A DNA stretch of 63,294 nucleotides, counting the filler, from Sphacelaria rigidula (lineage: Eukaryota), in assembly GCA_964200075.2 (NCBI GenBank). It is 7 parts of 7 records of this genome, joined end to end, with 100 filler letters (N's around TTAATTAATTAA, not from the genome) between each part and the next. Parts side by side here need not be neighbours in the genome. Positions count along the whole stretch, not along the records: positions 45,283 to 54,238 come from CAXNAA020009662.1; positions 54,339 to 63,294 come from CAXNAA020009663.1; 5 more parts are not named here. One strand, written 5' to 3'. The stretch's first letter is position 1; each line of letters starts with the position of its first letter. Shown one piece after another: positions 48,903 through 61,549 of this stretch. Below the pieces are notes generated by a model that searched no databases, was not told the origin of the DNA, and saw only the letters and a program-made list of their open reading frames with translations. The translations under genes were made by a program, and so were the position numbers.

Positions 48903-51900
48903 ATGGATAGGTGAGAAGGTATCAGATTTCGCAGGATCCCATCTTATTAGCGGTTGTGCTATGTTAATCAGAAAATAATAATACTGCGAGCTAGCATCTA
49001 TTGTCTGTTCTCAGAACATATATTCCTCTAACAAAACAAGATGACTGTCACTGACCGCCATGTAAGTGGTTTCCAGATACTCAAGCTAGTAAATTTATCC
49101 CTCGTGTCCACGCACGTGTACATGAATATGGCGGTGCTCTCTTCCTCTGGACGATCGAAGAGAAACTCCGAACAGACTTTCTGCTGGAGAGATGGGCGTA
49201 GGATGGCGTGCTAAAACTCAGCTCAAGCGAACACAGACAGCTATCGGCACAGTACCGTAGTCAGTGTAGTATACGATTTTCTGTGGTACTATTACACAGC
49301 CCCTTGGGAGTATCACGCGTGTCGGGTACAGCTCATGCCTGTTGAAAAATTCTTCACCAGTTGTGTCGTCCCCATAGCATGGCCAGGGAACGAGTATCAG
49401 ATCAAGATACCTACGACTGTCAGCATGAAAAGCGGATAGGAGAGCAAGTTCAGGAAGCGGGAAGCTGGATGCCAACTTCGGAAAGCAACGTCGGGGTCCC
49501 GCGAATTGAAAAAGACACCGCGAGTAATGCAGCCGAGAAGAAAGCACGAAGGTACGGCGCTGAAGCACGCCGTTTAGTTATTCACCATGTTGAGACATTC
49601 AATGCTGCTTTCGAACGTTATCTACGTTCATTGTAATAGAACATACATACCCTTTGTGGGCAAACGCAGGAATTTTTACGGCGCTTTCACCGAACGGGTT
49701 TTGTTGAAGACCGGGGCGCACGACGAGGAGGCCGCAGTCATCCCGCCAACGGTAACATCGGAGGGGGGCCTCAAGAGACTCTAAGATTGCTTCGAGGTAG
49801 CTACGTGCGTAGATCGTCCGTGAAATGCTAGTGTGATTATACGGGTTTACTTTCCGCTCTATCTGCTTCTCTCCCGTGCCAACGCGTCCAGGGTACAAGC
49901 CCTGCTGCACGGGAGCAGGTCCTCACTTGGCACAGATGGGTGGATCTCTCTCATCGCGTGCCAGAAGCTTCAGCGCGGTTATTCTGCTTTCCGTGGGCCG
50001 GCGGTAACAGTCTCGCATTTGATGCCTGGTCTGAGCATCTGCCAGGAGTCGAGGTTGTGCCAATCTGCCTTCCAGGGAGACACATGTGAGATACTTCACG
50101 GCAAGTGCGCACATGCGGTGGGTGTGAGTGCGAGTGCCGACTTTGTCCGTTATCTGGACACACTAAACATTTTCAAAGCTGCTGCACGTGCTGTGTGTTG
50201 TGGGTGAGGGATGCACAGGCTCCCGCCAGAATTTCTCACTATTTCCTTTTGCGCGGTGAGCGGGGCATACCTCTGTACACCCGGGCTTTCGACTCCTCAG
50301 GGTGCTGCCCCCGAGTGTTCAGCCTTATGTCGAAACCTCACGACTCTAAGATTGTCCGCAAAGTTGCTTAGCAACGATACAGTGCTGGCCGCTGATATAC
50401 ATCAGTCATCGTATCACGATAGACGAATGTTGAATGTTGTCAACCTGGCTCATGTCATGTAACCCTTGTTACTTTGCCTGTAGTGCAGGTCGTTGAATAA
50501 ATGCGAATTAAGTGAGAGGAGGCATACCAGTAGCCACCCGTCTGTCGCATCGGCATACCTATGCCGTTGGGGAAATGCACCGCTTTGCCATCAACATGCT
50601 CCGCAATTAGCATCGTTCGTTGTTTCGTCGCTTCCCGGCTTCTGAAGGAGAGCGGCGGAGACTGCTCTTACCTGTGTGGCGGAGATTGTTGACAAAACAG
50701 TTGAGGCGCTACGTGGACTACATCTCATCACGAATGGGGGCATACTGTTTTCCGTTTTCGGGCACGAGCTGGGAGCGCTGCTGGCTTTTGAACTGTGTCG
50801 CCGAGTTGAGGGGGATCTCCCAGCGCACGCTCTCTTTGTGTCTGGGATGACTTGCCCTCAGGTGCGAACAGCACAAGGATGCTGACGTCTGGCTTTCACC
50901 GGTATGATCCTACGGGATCAAGCGCGATGAAAATTTGCCCAGTTGCAGATGGAACCGCGGAATCTGCGCACCTCGCACTGCACGATGCAGCGAGATTTTG
51001 TGGTGTGGAAATATGCTACTAATTAAACAGGGATATGCGTTGAAAATATTTTGTGCAACCAGAAGTTTGTTACTTGTAATTAACCACAAGCGTTGAGAGC
51101 ATTTGACACCTTTCACGGAAATCTCACCCCCTTTCTCCCGCCATCGCCCAGGTGGTACATATGCGAGACAAGTTGTCTTCCCTGTGCCAGGTTTCTCCAG
51201 ACGGACAAGTACTGCACTCCAAGAACATTGAGGTCGGTCATTTTGTCGTAACTATGTCATTTTGTCGTAACCTGGTGTAAGTAATATAACATCGTAACTG
51301 TGCTTCCGATCTTCGTCCTTTCGTACTATTGGCCTCGTTCGGTGTGGGAAAAATAACTGAAAACAGGCTGATTACGGTCTCAAATAAGCACCGTCTTTGC
51401 AGTGCTCTCATAAACACGAGGGTCTGGAGAGATGAGGCTTTTTGATCCATGGATGTATCTGCGGTCGCGCCACAAGAATGATATGGTATATACATGCTGT
51501 TCCAAATCGAAAATATGCCCTCCCCCAAAGCACAAATGGTATGATCGTACTACGTAGTCTTTAAATGGTGAGACACCCATGAGGCAGTGTACAATCCGTG
51601 GATGTCTCTGGAAGTGGCGATACCAGAAAATGAAGCAACTCATGGTAGGCTGTCATCCAAATGCAACATAATCAGTACGCTTCGGGCCGAACAATCTTAG
51701 CTAGATGCAGCTCACCCTCATGCGACTCGCCAAGCACATCACGGCGCTTCGCGCTTGGTGATTGGTTGCGAGTCTGGTCCGGCGGAGACTCAGCGTGCTC
51801 CATCCCAGCTTTGTAGGGATGCAACATCAATGGTGTCATGACTATGGCATGCATGTTCATGAGTATACCTCCCCCCCAAAGGCGTTTGGCTCCGCTGCCC

Positions 51901-52784
51901 TATACCGTGTGACCCAATAGTTCGAGGAAGCTGTGCGACGACGAGGCGATGTACCTCCTGAGGTTAGCGAAAACAGAGATCTGATGGAACTGTTTACACC
52001 GCTATGGTACGCAGATTTTAGGTGAGACGTACAATAGCAACCACTGCTCACTTGGTCGGGTAGCTCGGTGACGCGGGAAACCAAAGCCAGGTAGCAGATG
52101 TAGCTCGGACCGGGCTGCTATCTTATCCACATATCATCTTGTCGTGTTCAACTATCGGGCGATCTGTGCAGAGCTGCGGACACTTACGAATACCGTGGCG
52201 GTCCTCTCCTGCACTGCCCAATCCTCAGCTTCGGAGGCCAATCCGGCGGTGAGCAGAACTTAGACGCCTGGGGCATGGAGACTTCGTCCACCAAGAACAG
52301 TAGCACGTTATATCCAGGAAGGTTTTTATACCTGGTCGATCCTGCTAACAAGGTGAGGATATCGCACATATCATGGTCGGATGCATCCCAGGGAGTCGGT
52401 TTTAACAACTCACGAAAAGTACCTATTTCATATGCTTCTTGCATCGTGCTTATCGCTTCTCGCATCTTGCACCTTGCTTCTTGCCTCTTGTGCGTTGACC
52501 TACTTTCTTTCTCAGGAGAAAATTCTCCGGAGTTTGCTTGAGTTCCTCAGAGAGGAAATAAACACCGAGGTAGAGGAACCTGTCCATGGGTAAGCTTTCC
52601 GTATTTTTCAAAGGACTGAAAACATGATACGCGAGGTTTCTGTAGTGTCGCGTTTACTAAACGAGCACGACTCTAGAGAGGGATGCATACCACAAGCATT
52701 ACTTGTGTGATGTTGACCACTGTGCATCAACACTGATATTGATTCAGGGATGAACGATCAGAGGACGAAGATTCGGACCCGTAG
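48903..52784 (+). CDS. Thioesterase II (GrsT/SrfAD-like alpha/beta-hydrolase) homologue, about 368 aa; exons 48903-48910, 49378-49551, 49670-49751, 49892-50085, 50648-50861, 51191-51232, 51921-52021, 52172-52352, 52516-52589, 52748-52784
   Basis: Phase-consistent GT-AG chain of 1107 nt ending in TAG. Motifs RLFCFPWAGG, VVPICLPGR, FGHELGALLAFE, LFVSG, PLWYADFR, CPILSFGG, LDAW, YPGRFLY. The first three exons are less certain. Confidence 0.88.
51541..51877 (-). repeat. ~335-bp dispersed repeat starting (G)nTGTACTCATGATCATGCATG (full copy also at 29232-29563; heads at 1-72, 17986-18014, 38449-38477, 45115-45182)
   Basis: 29232-29563 aligns to 51541-51877 over its full length; this copy sits in an intron of the thioesterase gene. 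Confidence 0.85.
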
Positions 52785-52892
52785 CGGATCGGAAACGACG
52801 GAATAAACCTCCAACTTCAAGATGCTCAATTGCAAAATATTGCGAAGATATCTACGGAAGTGTGGTCAACTCAATATGTGATCCCGACACTT

Positions 52893-53128
52893 TCTACGAT
52901 AGCCCCCGCCCAAGTGAATTGGCTGGTTTGGGGAGGCAAAATCTACACGTAGATCAAAATGAAAACAGCCGAGAACAACGAGCAGCTAGGAATTCCCACG
53001 CTTTGGTTCGTTGTCGCCGATGTCGCTCATATGAGGCGCTTCATACAGCCTGAAACCAAACATCAAGCGCTGTATGACCATTCTCTTTGTGAAAGATTTT
53101 GGCTGGTCCTGGGGGAGGGCTATCGTAG
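52893..53128. mobile_element. ~235-bp MITE with CTACGATAGCCC TIRs (other copies at 40588-40830 and 44893-45120)
   Basis: TIRs CTACGATAGCCCCC / GGGAGGGCTATCGTAG; alignable internal sequence in three copies. Confidence 0.8.
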
Positions 53129-55298
53129 AAAATGTCTTCCACCGCCATTCCAAAGGGCCTGGAAAATGACTGGAAGGACGGCACATCAGCGGGAGTGTCT
53201 GTAAAAATAGTGAGCTCTTCAAAGGACGCGATGTCGTTGCCGAGTAGGCAGGGTGTGTGAATGCGAATGATGCGCGATGGTGTCAAAGTACAGAGGTGGT
53301 GTTGCGTATAGCATCCACTAAGAAGTATTCCCAGTTCTATGACCACCCACTTGCGAGATAGAGAGAAAAACGTGGGCACGCAAGCTCTGGAACAGTGGCA
53401 GGATACGTCTAAAAAATTCGACTGCTCGAAAAGGACGCCGCTCACGGTCTTTGGAACAGCGATCTTTTTAACATACATGACGCTGTCTCCCACGAGTACT
53501 GACAAAAACAACCGAGTAAAAATCCCAAGACAATCTTGGTCACCTGTCGAAAGGACAGACTTCGGAGACAGATGATGGCAGGTTGCTCGTTCACCAAATT
53601 AAATAGGCAAATGATTGATTTTTTTCCCCGTGAAGTTGTGTCACTTGTTTTGAAGAGCGCCTCAATTATGAATGAAGAGCGAGAATTGGCGCCCAGCTGT
53701 TTTAATAATCGACAAAAATAATGATTCGTCGCAACTCTTGCCCCGCGGCTGATGCCTTCCGCCATCACGGGTGACGTTTTTGTCTCATCAAGCATGCTCT
53801 CAGCAAATCAATGAAGAATGTTATGAAGAATTTGGTCGTCTCCATACATAAACTCAAATAGATGGGCCAGGAGGGGCACGAGCTGCCCACCCACACGAAG
53901 GAAGACATGCAGATTTGTCAAGAACTGTTTCTCCAGAAAACCCCAGCCTCGATAGTACATAATGCGGTGTGCTCCTGTGGTTGGCCATACCATCTATCAT
54001 GGAACATCAAACACCATGCACGGAACACACGTGCTTACAGCCATGAAGCAAGCAATAGCATATGGGCGCCGGGATAAAGCCTTGCCTATGCGGATAACGA
54101 CAGTCCACCTCCTACAAAAGGAAGTGTTTAACGCTTTCTGTCGCATGCTATTGAACAAAACATGATTTAACAACAAATTGTGCGAATTGAGGTTTAACTT
54201 CGAGATGAGGCTCAAGCCTAAAACAGTGCTTCACCCACNNNNNNNNNNNNNNNNNNNNNNNNNNNNNNNNNNNNNNNNNNNNTTAATTAATTAANNNNNN
54301 NNNNNNNNNNNNNNNNNNNNNNNNNNNNNNNNNNNNNNGACACATGACATGCGGCGCAATTGCCACCGGCTCCTTTCGGATACCGAGTTTCTTTGTACTC
54401 AGGAGTATCTGATGCGCTTTTCCACCGCATGTCATGTGTCCCAACACCCCCCACTGAGATGGCAATATCTCGATACACACAGCAGATCCAAAGACAAATC
54501 AAATTGCTCCGTGTAGCTAAAATGCATCTCTATCACCTGTCGACGTCACGGCTGCGCGTATCCTTTCCGTGGATGAAAAACTTGATGTATAGTGAGGATC
54601 ATCTTTCGCAATTACCGCGCGATCCCGAGAACTAATTAGCACGAGTGACATGTTAAACGATGGCTATTAGCAATTACTACTTGCCTCTTTAGTTTCAGCG
54701 GACTGCTAGTCGTGCAGCGCGAGTTATCTGCGATCGTGTGTAGGTCAGCCATATTTGAAAATGGCTTCTGGGCTTGTACAGATTTCCGTGGCCTTTTTCC
54801 CGGTTATCCGTCGATCGTTCGTGTGCTGTACTGGATGGAATTGAACCAGACTTCGACGGAGGGGTAGTGTAGGATAAGTACTACAGTTGTGCATCAGCAT
54901 AGTTGTCATTGTTCTACCCTGTTCACTTATTTCACTTCACCAAGTCGCATTTTGGGGGGTGGTGATGAAAAACGTGACACTAACCCCCGGCGTAACACTG
55001 TTTGGATTTTTTGCTGTTCGGAACGCAAAAAATGACCACACTTTACGTAATTTAATTCAATGCGTTTTAATAAATTCAATGCAGAGGTTACCCTATAGGT
55101 GTGGAGCCCATCTTTCCCTGGAGTCGAGGGACAGTAGTACACAGTACAGCGCATGAAAATCTCATTGGTAGAATGGGTATCGACAGAGCTGTATGCACAG
55201 TAGTGTGGGTGTACAGCAACTTCACATCGGGTTTCGGCTGTTGTGGTGGTTATTAACAGTGGGGTTTTGTCGCGAAGATACTCACGTTGCACTGAAAA

Positions 55299-55457
55299 AT
55301 GATGAGCATGTCGGCACCAGCCGAAGCATCAGCGGCGATACCTTCTCTACCTCCTTCTCCACCTCAGATTTTACCCGTATATAGCGCAGGTAAACTACCA
55401 GTACCCGTGATGCGGAGGCAGCTGAAAGCAAGGGGCTATCGCACAAAGGGGAATAAG
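55299..55457 (+). CDS. Probable exon encoding the N-terminal part of a SAP domain
   Basis: KLPVPVMRRQLKARGYRTKGNK resembles the SAP consensus L.V.eLr..Lk.rGl...G.K; followed by an AAG|GTGTGT donor. Confidence 0.45.
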
Positions 55458-56827
55458 GTGTGTGCTTGGCGTGAAATCGCTTCAAAAATAACCGTGCTGC
55501 CGGTGTACAACACCCCCCTTCTAGTAGACACGAGGGTGTTTTTCGCCCCGACGTTCTTGAACAAAACGGTATCGTCCTCGCTGCCCTGTGTGTATTTCGA
55601 ACGATATTCGGTGATATAAATTTGATAACAGTAAGGTAAGGAAGGTTTTCAGGAGTGCGGCATCTGCCGCTGCTTCTCGAGAAAACTGGATCTTCTGCAA
55701 TGTACTGGGTGTTGCTCAATCTGGTTGCAGATCCGGTACTTGAAGTACCAAGATACTGGATGCACTGCACTGTAACTGTCGGCGGTGGTCCTATGCTGTA
55801 CCATGGCGTGCATGCACAGCAGTACAACAGTCAGTTATACCGCTCAGCAACGCACAGAAGTTAGGACAGATCCAAAATAAAGATTTTGAGACAAAAGTAA
55901 ACGGTAAAAAAATCTACCGGTACGCGCGCGCGGGATGGGGGGGGGGGGGGGCGTACTCATTTGTTGCTTGCCTTAGAAATTTAAACATTAACCACGAATC
56001 CCTTTCGAGACGAAGCACGATGGGGNNNNNNNNNNAATACATAAAAACGCAATAACGCGATAGCGTCATGAGAGTTGGCAGAGTGGTGGTGGTGGGCACA
56101 AGGACAAGGACATGCAAAAAAATCACCATCACAACAGTAGTATGTACAACAGGTGTAGCATGCACTGCTGTTGTAACGGTATACTATTGTAGCATGTACT
56201 GCTGCTGTTGTGCTGGTATTGACTTCAGTGATGGGCGAAAAACTGGTGGGGATGATCATGGACGCGTTACTACTTGCGTAATACAGCAGTAGCTTGTGCA
56301 CAGCCAGGTCGCACGTGCGATATGTCGGCATAATATCTGCCATGATAAGCTAGGGGTAAATTAAATTATAGAGTTGAAGATCGGCAACGCTTTCTATCAC
56401 CGCCATACCACCCTCCTGCCAATCACGACACGGTTCATTGCGTTCGCGTGATTATCCTTTTCGTTGTCCATAGTGCCGCTTATCTCGGGATCGCCATATG
56501 ACCCACCTGCCCCCGGTGTGAAATTGTGCCGCTTTCACTTTTTGCAAGTATTCCGAATACAAATTCTCAGCTCTTACTGGAACGACACTGCCTTTTTTGC
56601 CCGATGACTGCATGTTTTGGCCTTTCGACGATGTTCTCCACATCAGCAGACAATTAGGCGAATTCCTACCCCGGAAAAATGTCTACGGTACAACACACAG
56701 TATGGCTTTCACTTTCCAGGGGTATTTCCGGCATGCAGTAGCATTTTGTGCGCATGCAATTTGACTCGGGGGCAGAGAAAGTAATATTTACTACTTCGCC
56801 CAAACCGTAGAGTTCTCAAAGATTGTG

Positions 56828-57700
56828 TGCCGTAGGGTAAGAGTTTCCTATACCTGGGGTGTTTATCCGGGTATCAACCGGACCCGACAGCTCGGTGAGC
56901 TTCGTAAGCCTCTCATTCCGATACCCGACAGTTGTTCTGTTACTTCTGTAAGCCTCTCATACCGGCCCCCGACAGTTCTATGGCATCTGTACGGAATTGT
57001 TACCTTCACCTGGGCTACAGGTATACCCCTGTAAAAGTACCCGGTTACGGGTCATTGGTTCTGTCAAACCTCCGTCCCGTACCTGACAGGTTCTTCCAGC
57101 TCTGTACGACTGGCATCCCGGCACCTGACGGTTCTGTAAGTTCTTTAAGAAATCTCATACCCTACCGGACATACCTGGACCCTACAGAAAACAACCCTGG
57201 GAATCCTAGGGGGGGGGGATGCGGTGCAAATACCATCATGTGTCGAAGCATGATTTCGGAATATGTCGAGGTTAGGTTGTTCTGTAGGGTACAACGTTTT
57301 GTATGCCCGGGGTGGTCTCCCACGAATTACCCGTACCCGACAGGTTATGGAGTTCTGTGAGCTTCCCATACCCTTACCCGAGAGTTCTGTAAGTTCTGTA
57401 AGCCTCCCATACCGGTACTCGACAGTTCTGTACGTTCTGTGCGAAATGCTCACCCCTTACTGTACAAAATATTCACCCTCACCCGGGGTACGGATATGCT
57501 CCTGTAGAAATTCGGTTGCGGGAAAGGGTTGTACCGTACCCAACAAGTTCTATAGAATTCTGTAATATTTCCATACAGGTACCCGACAATTCTGCAAGTT
57601 CTGTGTAAGATTTCCATATCAGTCCGCGACAGTTCTGTAATTTCTGCAAAAAATCCAATACCCTACCAAACATAACCGCACCGTACAGACTACCAACCTG
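56828..57700. mobile_element. Two adjacent TIR elements (about 56828-57198 and 57270-57700) filled with ~40-bp GTTCTGTAAG...ATACCGGTACCCGACA sub-repeats; TIR related to 5309-6906
   Basis: TIR GGTTGTTCTGTAGGGTA / CCCTACAGAAAACAACC and repeated internal motif. Confidence 0.65.
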
Positions 57701-58208
57701 AATCACCCTACACTGTAATTTTCGAGCTCCCGACTGTAGCCGAGTTTCGAAGGGTCCTACGCTCCAGCTGTACTTTGTTTCCCCCCCCAATGTCAAACCG
57801 CCTTGACCACAAATCGCCGAAGGGCGAGCAGAAGTTCCTCTGGACGGTTGTTCTAGCTATCCCGAGGCGGCGTAATCCCTGTTTTCGCGCGAGAAACGTC
57901 ACCGGCGCCAAATTTGGATTTGTTCAGACAATGACACTGTTTCGATCTCGTTCCAGCTACCGTAACCACTTACTTTATTTGTTCAAGATTTTTCGCTTTC
58001 GCCGCGGTACGGGGATTTTTTTTTCGCGGCCGAAAGCAACGATTTTTTCGTTCAGGGAATGTAGTGCCCAAGGATATCGAAAAGTGCAGCCACTTACTTC
58101 CGTTCGTCGAAATATGTAGAGCGAAAGTATACCTGCCCCTCATGATTTGAAAGCGCCACTGTGGAATCATAGCCCAATCACTGGCACCTTCGTCAACAAG
58201 AAAACGTG

Positions 58209-58244
<36 letters not shown>

Positions 58245-59842
58245 GCACAAGACACATCACTCTGCACCGATAGCGGCAGACACTTTCTCGTGTAGCCACA
58301 GGGGATCTACTGTAGAGTTCATCATTTTTAATGGTGGTCTGGACGGTTTCGCCTTTATATTTGCCCGCGGGCATGGGACACGAGCGGCGATCAGAGAGTT
58401 TGTAGAGCAAGGAGGCGTGTCAACGACTTAGTCACCCGCGAAGATAGTCCATTGGAATCCATGTATGCCAATGCATTTCTTCTTGTGCTTCAAGCTCTGT
58501 TAGTGGGTGCTCCTACAGTAAAGATCTCAAACTTGTCGTGATCCAAAACATTAAGTCGTCTCGTATGCATGCATTTTCTTTCTTCTCTCCCGTCTTGATC
58601 TCTTCTCTCTCAAAATACGTTCTTTGACGTTTCCGCCTCTTTCGTCTTGAGGCAACACTTCCAATCAAAGCATGGCTGCAGTCATTTTCCTGCCGCCCTT
58701 CGAACTTTCTGCTTCTTTCGTGTCGACACAATGATATCTGCTTTTATATCATAGCATGGCTACATCTTTATTCCTTCCTTTATTTATTTTTTTCTGTCGC
58801 ATCGATCACTTAATCCCGAATGACGTTCTGCAACCGCTCTGCCTCTTTTCTCTCGACATAACATTCACGAACATGGCTGATTTTTCTTTTACATCTTGAT
58901 TTACTCCGTCGTGCGCGCTTGTGGCTTTGCCAATAAATCCCGTTTGTGCAGAAAAAGCTGATCGTCCGCCTCAAAACCCACGTCGACTACTACGGCCCTA
59001 CGCTTCCGCTACCCCAGGTATTCTCCGCTCCGGGCGGGAAGCCTTTTTCAATCCCTGTTGACCCTTCGTGTACTATAGACCCGGCGCCGCATTTCAGACC
59101 AATATCGCCAACCGCGCTGTCAATGCTAGTATTTTACGTTATAGCTGGGCCTCTCCGTTTACGAGCAGCATCTCCGATTATGACGTACCGTGTAATCTTT
59201 ACGCCGCCCCCGATCTCCGACCCTTGGATCATGGGCTTGTGATTGACGGCAAGATAGTTGTTGGCCACATATTTCTAGTGTGGTCGATCTTGGCTCGATT
59301 TGTGCCGTCTCGCGCGGTAGAGAAGGACAATCCTGTTTTGCGATGATGGTCATTTGGCAACGGCTTTTTTGTCTGGACAACTCAATGTGGAAGCAAGCAC
59401 GGGGAAAACTTCGCTTTCGAGTGCTCCTCCCCCCCCCCCCCCCCCCCCACCCCGTGAAATCCGTACCTCCATACTCTTGGGTTGGCGTCGAGTGGCAACG
59501 GCGCTGTGACACAAGCCACCAGAACCTAGGCATGAAATAAAGAGACTGTCACCGTACATATACCAGAGACCGCCACTAGGCAAAAGATTTCCCTGGACCA
59601 AGAGATACAATAGACATGCAACAACCCAAGGAACCCATTTCGTTTCTCCACAGTAAAACACAAACTGGATATGGACATGAGATAACAAAACTGGCCGTTT
59701 TTTTTCTGATTTGTCCCAGTTTTTTCACTCCTTCCTTTTCTTTACTCTCTTTTTCTCCTTCTTCTTCGTTTCTGTTCTCTTTTATTTTATTTCCATTTTT
59801 TTCTGTTCTATTTTTTGTTCCTGTTTCGTTTTTTCGCAACCA

Positions 59843-60425
59843 GGACACAACCCGGACGTAGACATGAGATAGGTAAGCCAACCACCCTTTTTCTTTGACA
59901 TACCATAACAAAATCTGGACATAGACATGAAATAACGAAGGTAACCATCCTTTTTCTTTAACCTACCATAACACAGCCCGAAAAACAGACATGGAATGAT
60001 GAAGCTAACCATTTTTTCTTCAACCTACCATAACACAGCCCGGACATGGACGTGCAATAAAGAAGCTGACCATCATTTTTCTTTGCCTTACCAGAACACA
60101 GCCCGGACATGGACCTGAAATAACGTAGCTAACCACCCTTTTTTTTCACCTACCGTAACAGACATGAAATTATGAAGTTAACCCTTTTCTTTCTCTAACC
60201 TACCATAACACGACCCGGACATAGACCTGAAAGGACGAAGCTAGCTATTTTTTCTCTACCTTACCATAAGACAGCCCAGACATAGACAAGAAATAACGAA
60301 ACTAACCGTCTTTCTTCTTCAATCTACCTGAGCACAGACCGGTCATAGACGTCGAAGAACGAAGCTAACCGTCCTTTTTTGCATGAACCAGTGCACACAC
60401 CGGATATAGATATGAAATAGCGAGA
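59843..60425. repeat. Minisatellite, ~62-bp unit, about 10 degenerate copies
   Basis: Consensus CACAGCCCGGACATAGACATGAAATAACGAAGCTAACCATC(T)nCTTTAACCTACCATAA. Confidence 0.9.
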
Positions 60426-61549
60426 GGAAACAGTTATATTCCCCCATATCAAAACGACAAACGATCGAGATTGTTCCCTCTATACCATAACAAAGATAAG
60501 AGATGAAAAAAAAAAAAACAGACATGTAAGTAATAGCGTGGAGGTTGACCGCCCTACATGCAGATCGAAAGTATAAAACATATACCAAGTACAGATAGGG
60601 TAAGGTCACCCCGGCATGTTAAATTCACATTATACACGAAGATTGGGTGTCGTGGTGAGACACCCGGAAAACCTTACCCGTTTCCGATGGGCGGTGGAAA
60701 TCTGGTCATACGTTTCCCTGAAATTCCCGACATTGGGTGCACAGGCGTCAAATGACGGCAAGGGGTCGATAATGCATGACATAAACGTCAAGACTTACTG
60801 CACTCATGAAACAAACATCCTACCAATGACCGACTACATGACCAACGAGAAGGAGCACCAAGCGGTACGTAGACTTCTTGAGATTTTGAAGGATAGAAGC
60901 TGGTATATAGTGTGGAGGAATCGTTGGCCAGGCTTCCGGCAGCGAAGGTCTACTCGGGAGCACTGGTGGAGTAGTGACCCATGGTCAACCGTACACGGAA
61001 CGAGAGGAAGTGATGACGTACCGGACATCACGACGTGTGTGTAAGACCTTACGTTATGCAAGCCGTCCTTGAAGCTTACACGGTGAAAATGACCTCCCTG
61101 GAGGAAAGTAACCAGTACACCAGCGGGGCACGACGATGGAATATACGATCGTGGAACGCCAGGATGATTTTTACCATGCAGATCGCCTGGCACAAACGTG
61201 CGGTGCTTGTATCAAGGGTATTGAACTTGGCTTCAGGCTATGAGCCCGTGTTGGAGGCATTATTTAGTATCAGCGAGTCAGCAAAATAACTGAACAACAC
61301 CAAACTCCCAGCAAGTACTAGGATTGGGATACTCCAGTACGTTGACTACATCCCACCGGAATATTCGAAAGAAACAAGCTGGAGGTGCTCTCGACAGAGT
61401 TCGGAGGCACTCTCGAAAGAGAGAGAGAGAGAGAGTGGAGAAGTAAAGGGTGGCCGGGCAAAACACTAGTTGATATGATGGATTTGATTGATTGATTGCT
61501 TGTCACACTTTAACTAGTCCCCCAGGGATCCAGCCGAGGTCACATGATA

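Larger units (their letters stand above)
8958..54338. other. Six artificial 100-nt contig linkers (N44-TTAATTAATTAA-N44) at 8958-9057, 18015-18114, 27071-27170, 36127-36226, 45183-45282, 54239-54338
   Basis: Identical linker with stops in all six frames; the intervening contigs are 8957/8956 bp, i.e. size-sorted unplaced contigs concatenated. Confidence 0.97.

Noticed and set aside
52184-52465. 93-aa minus-strand ORF
   Set aside because: Antisense to thioesterase exon 52172-52352
53130-54238. Possible transposase or viral gene remnant
   Set aside because: Stops in all frames and no motif I can recognise
59843-60425. CRISPR-like array
   Set aside because: No invariant repeat with unique spacers, the whole unit is homologous, no cas genes, eukaryotic context
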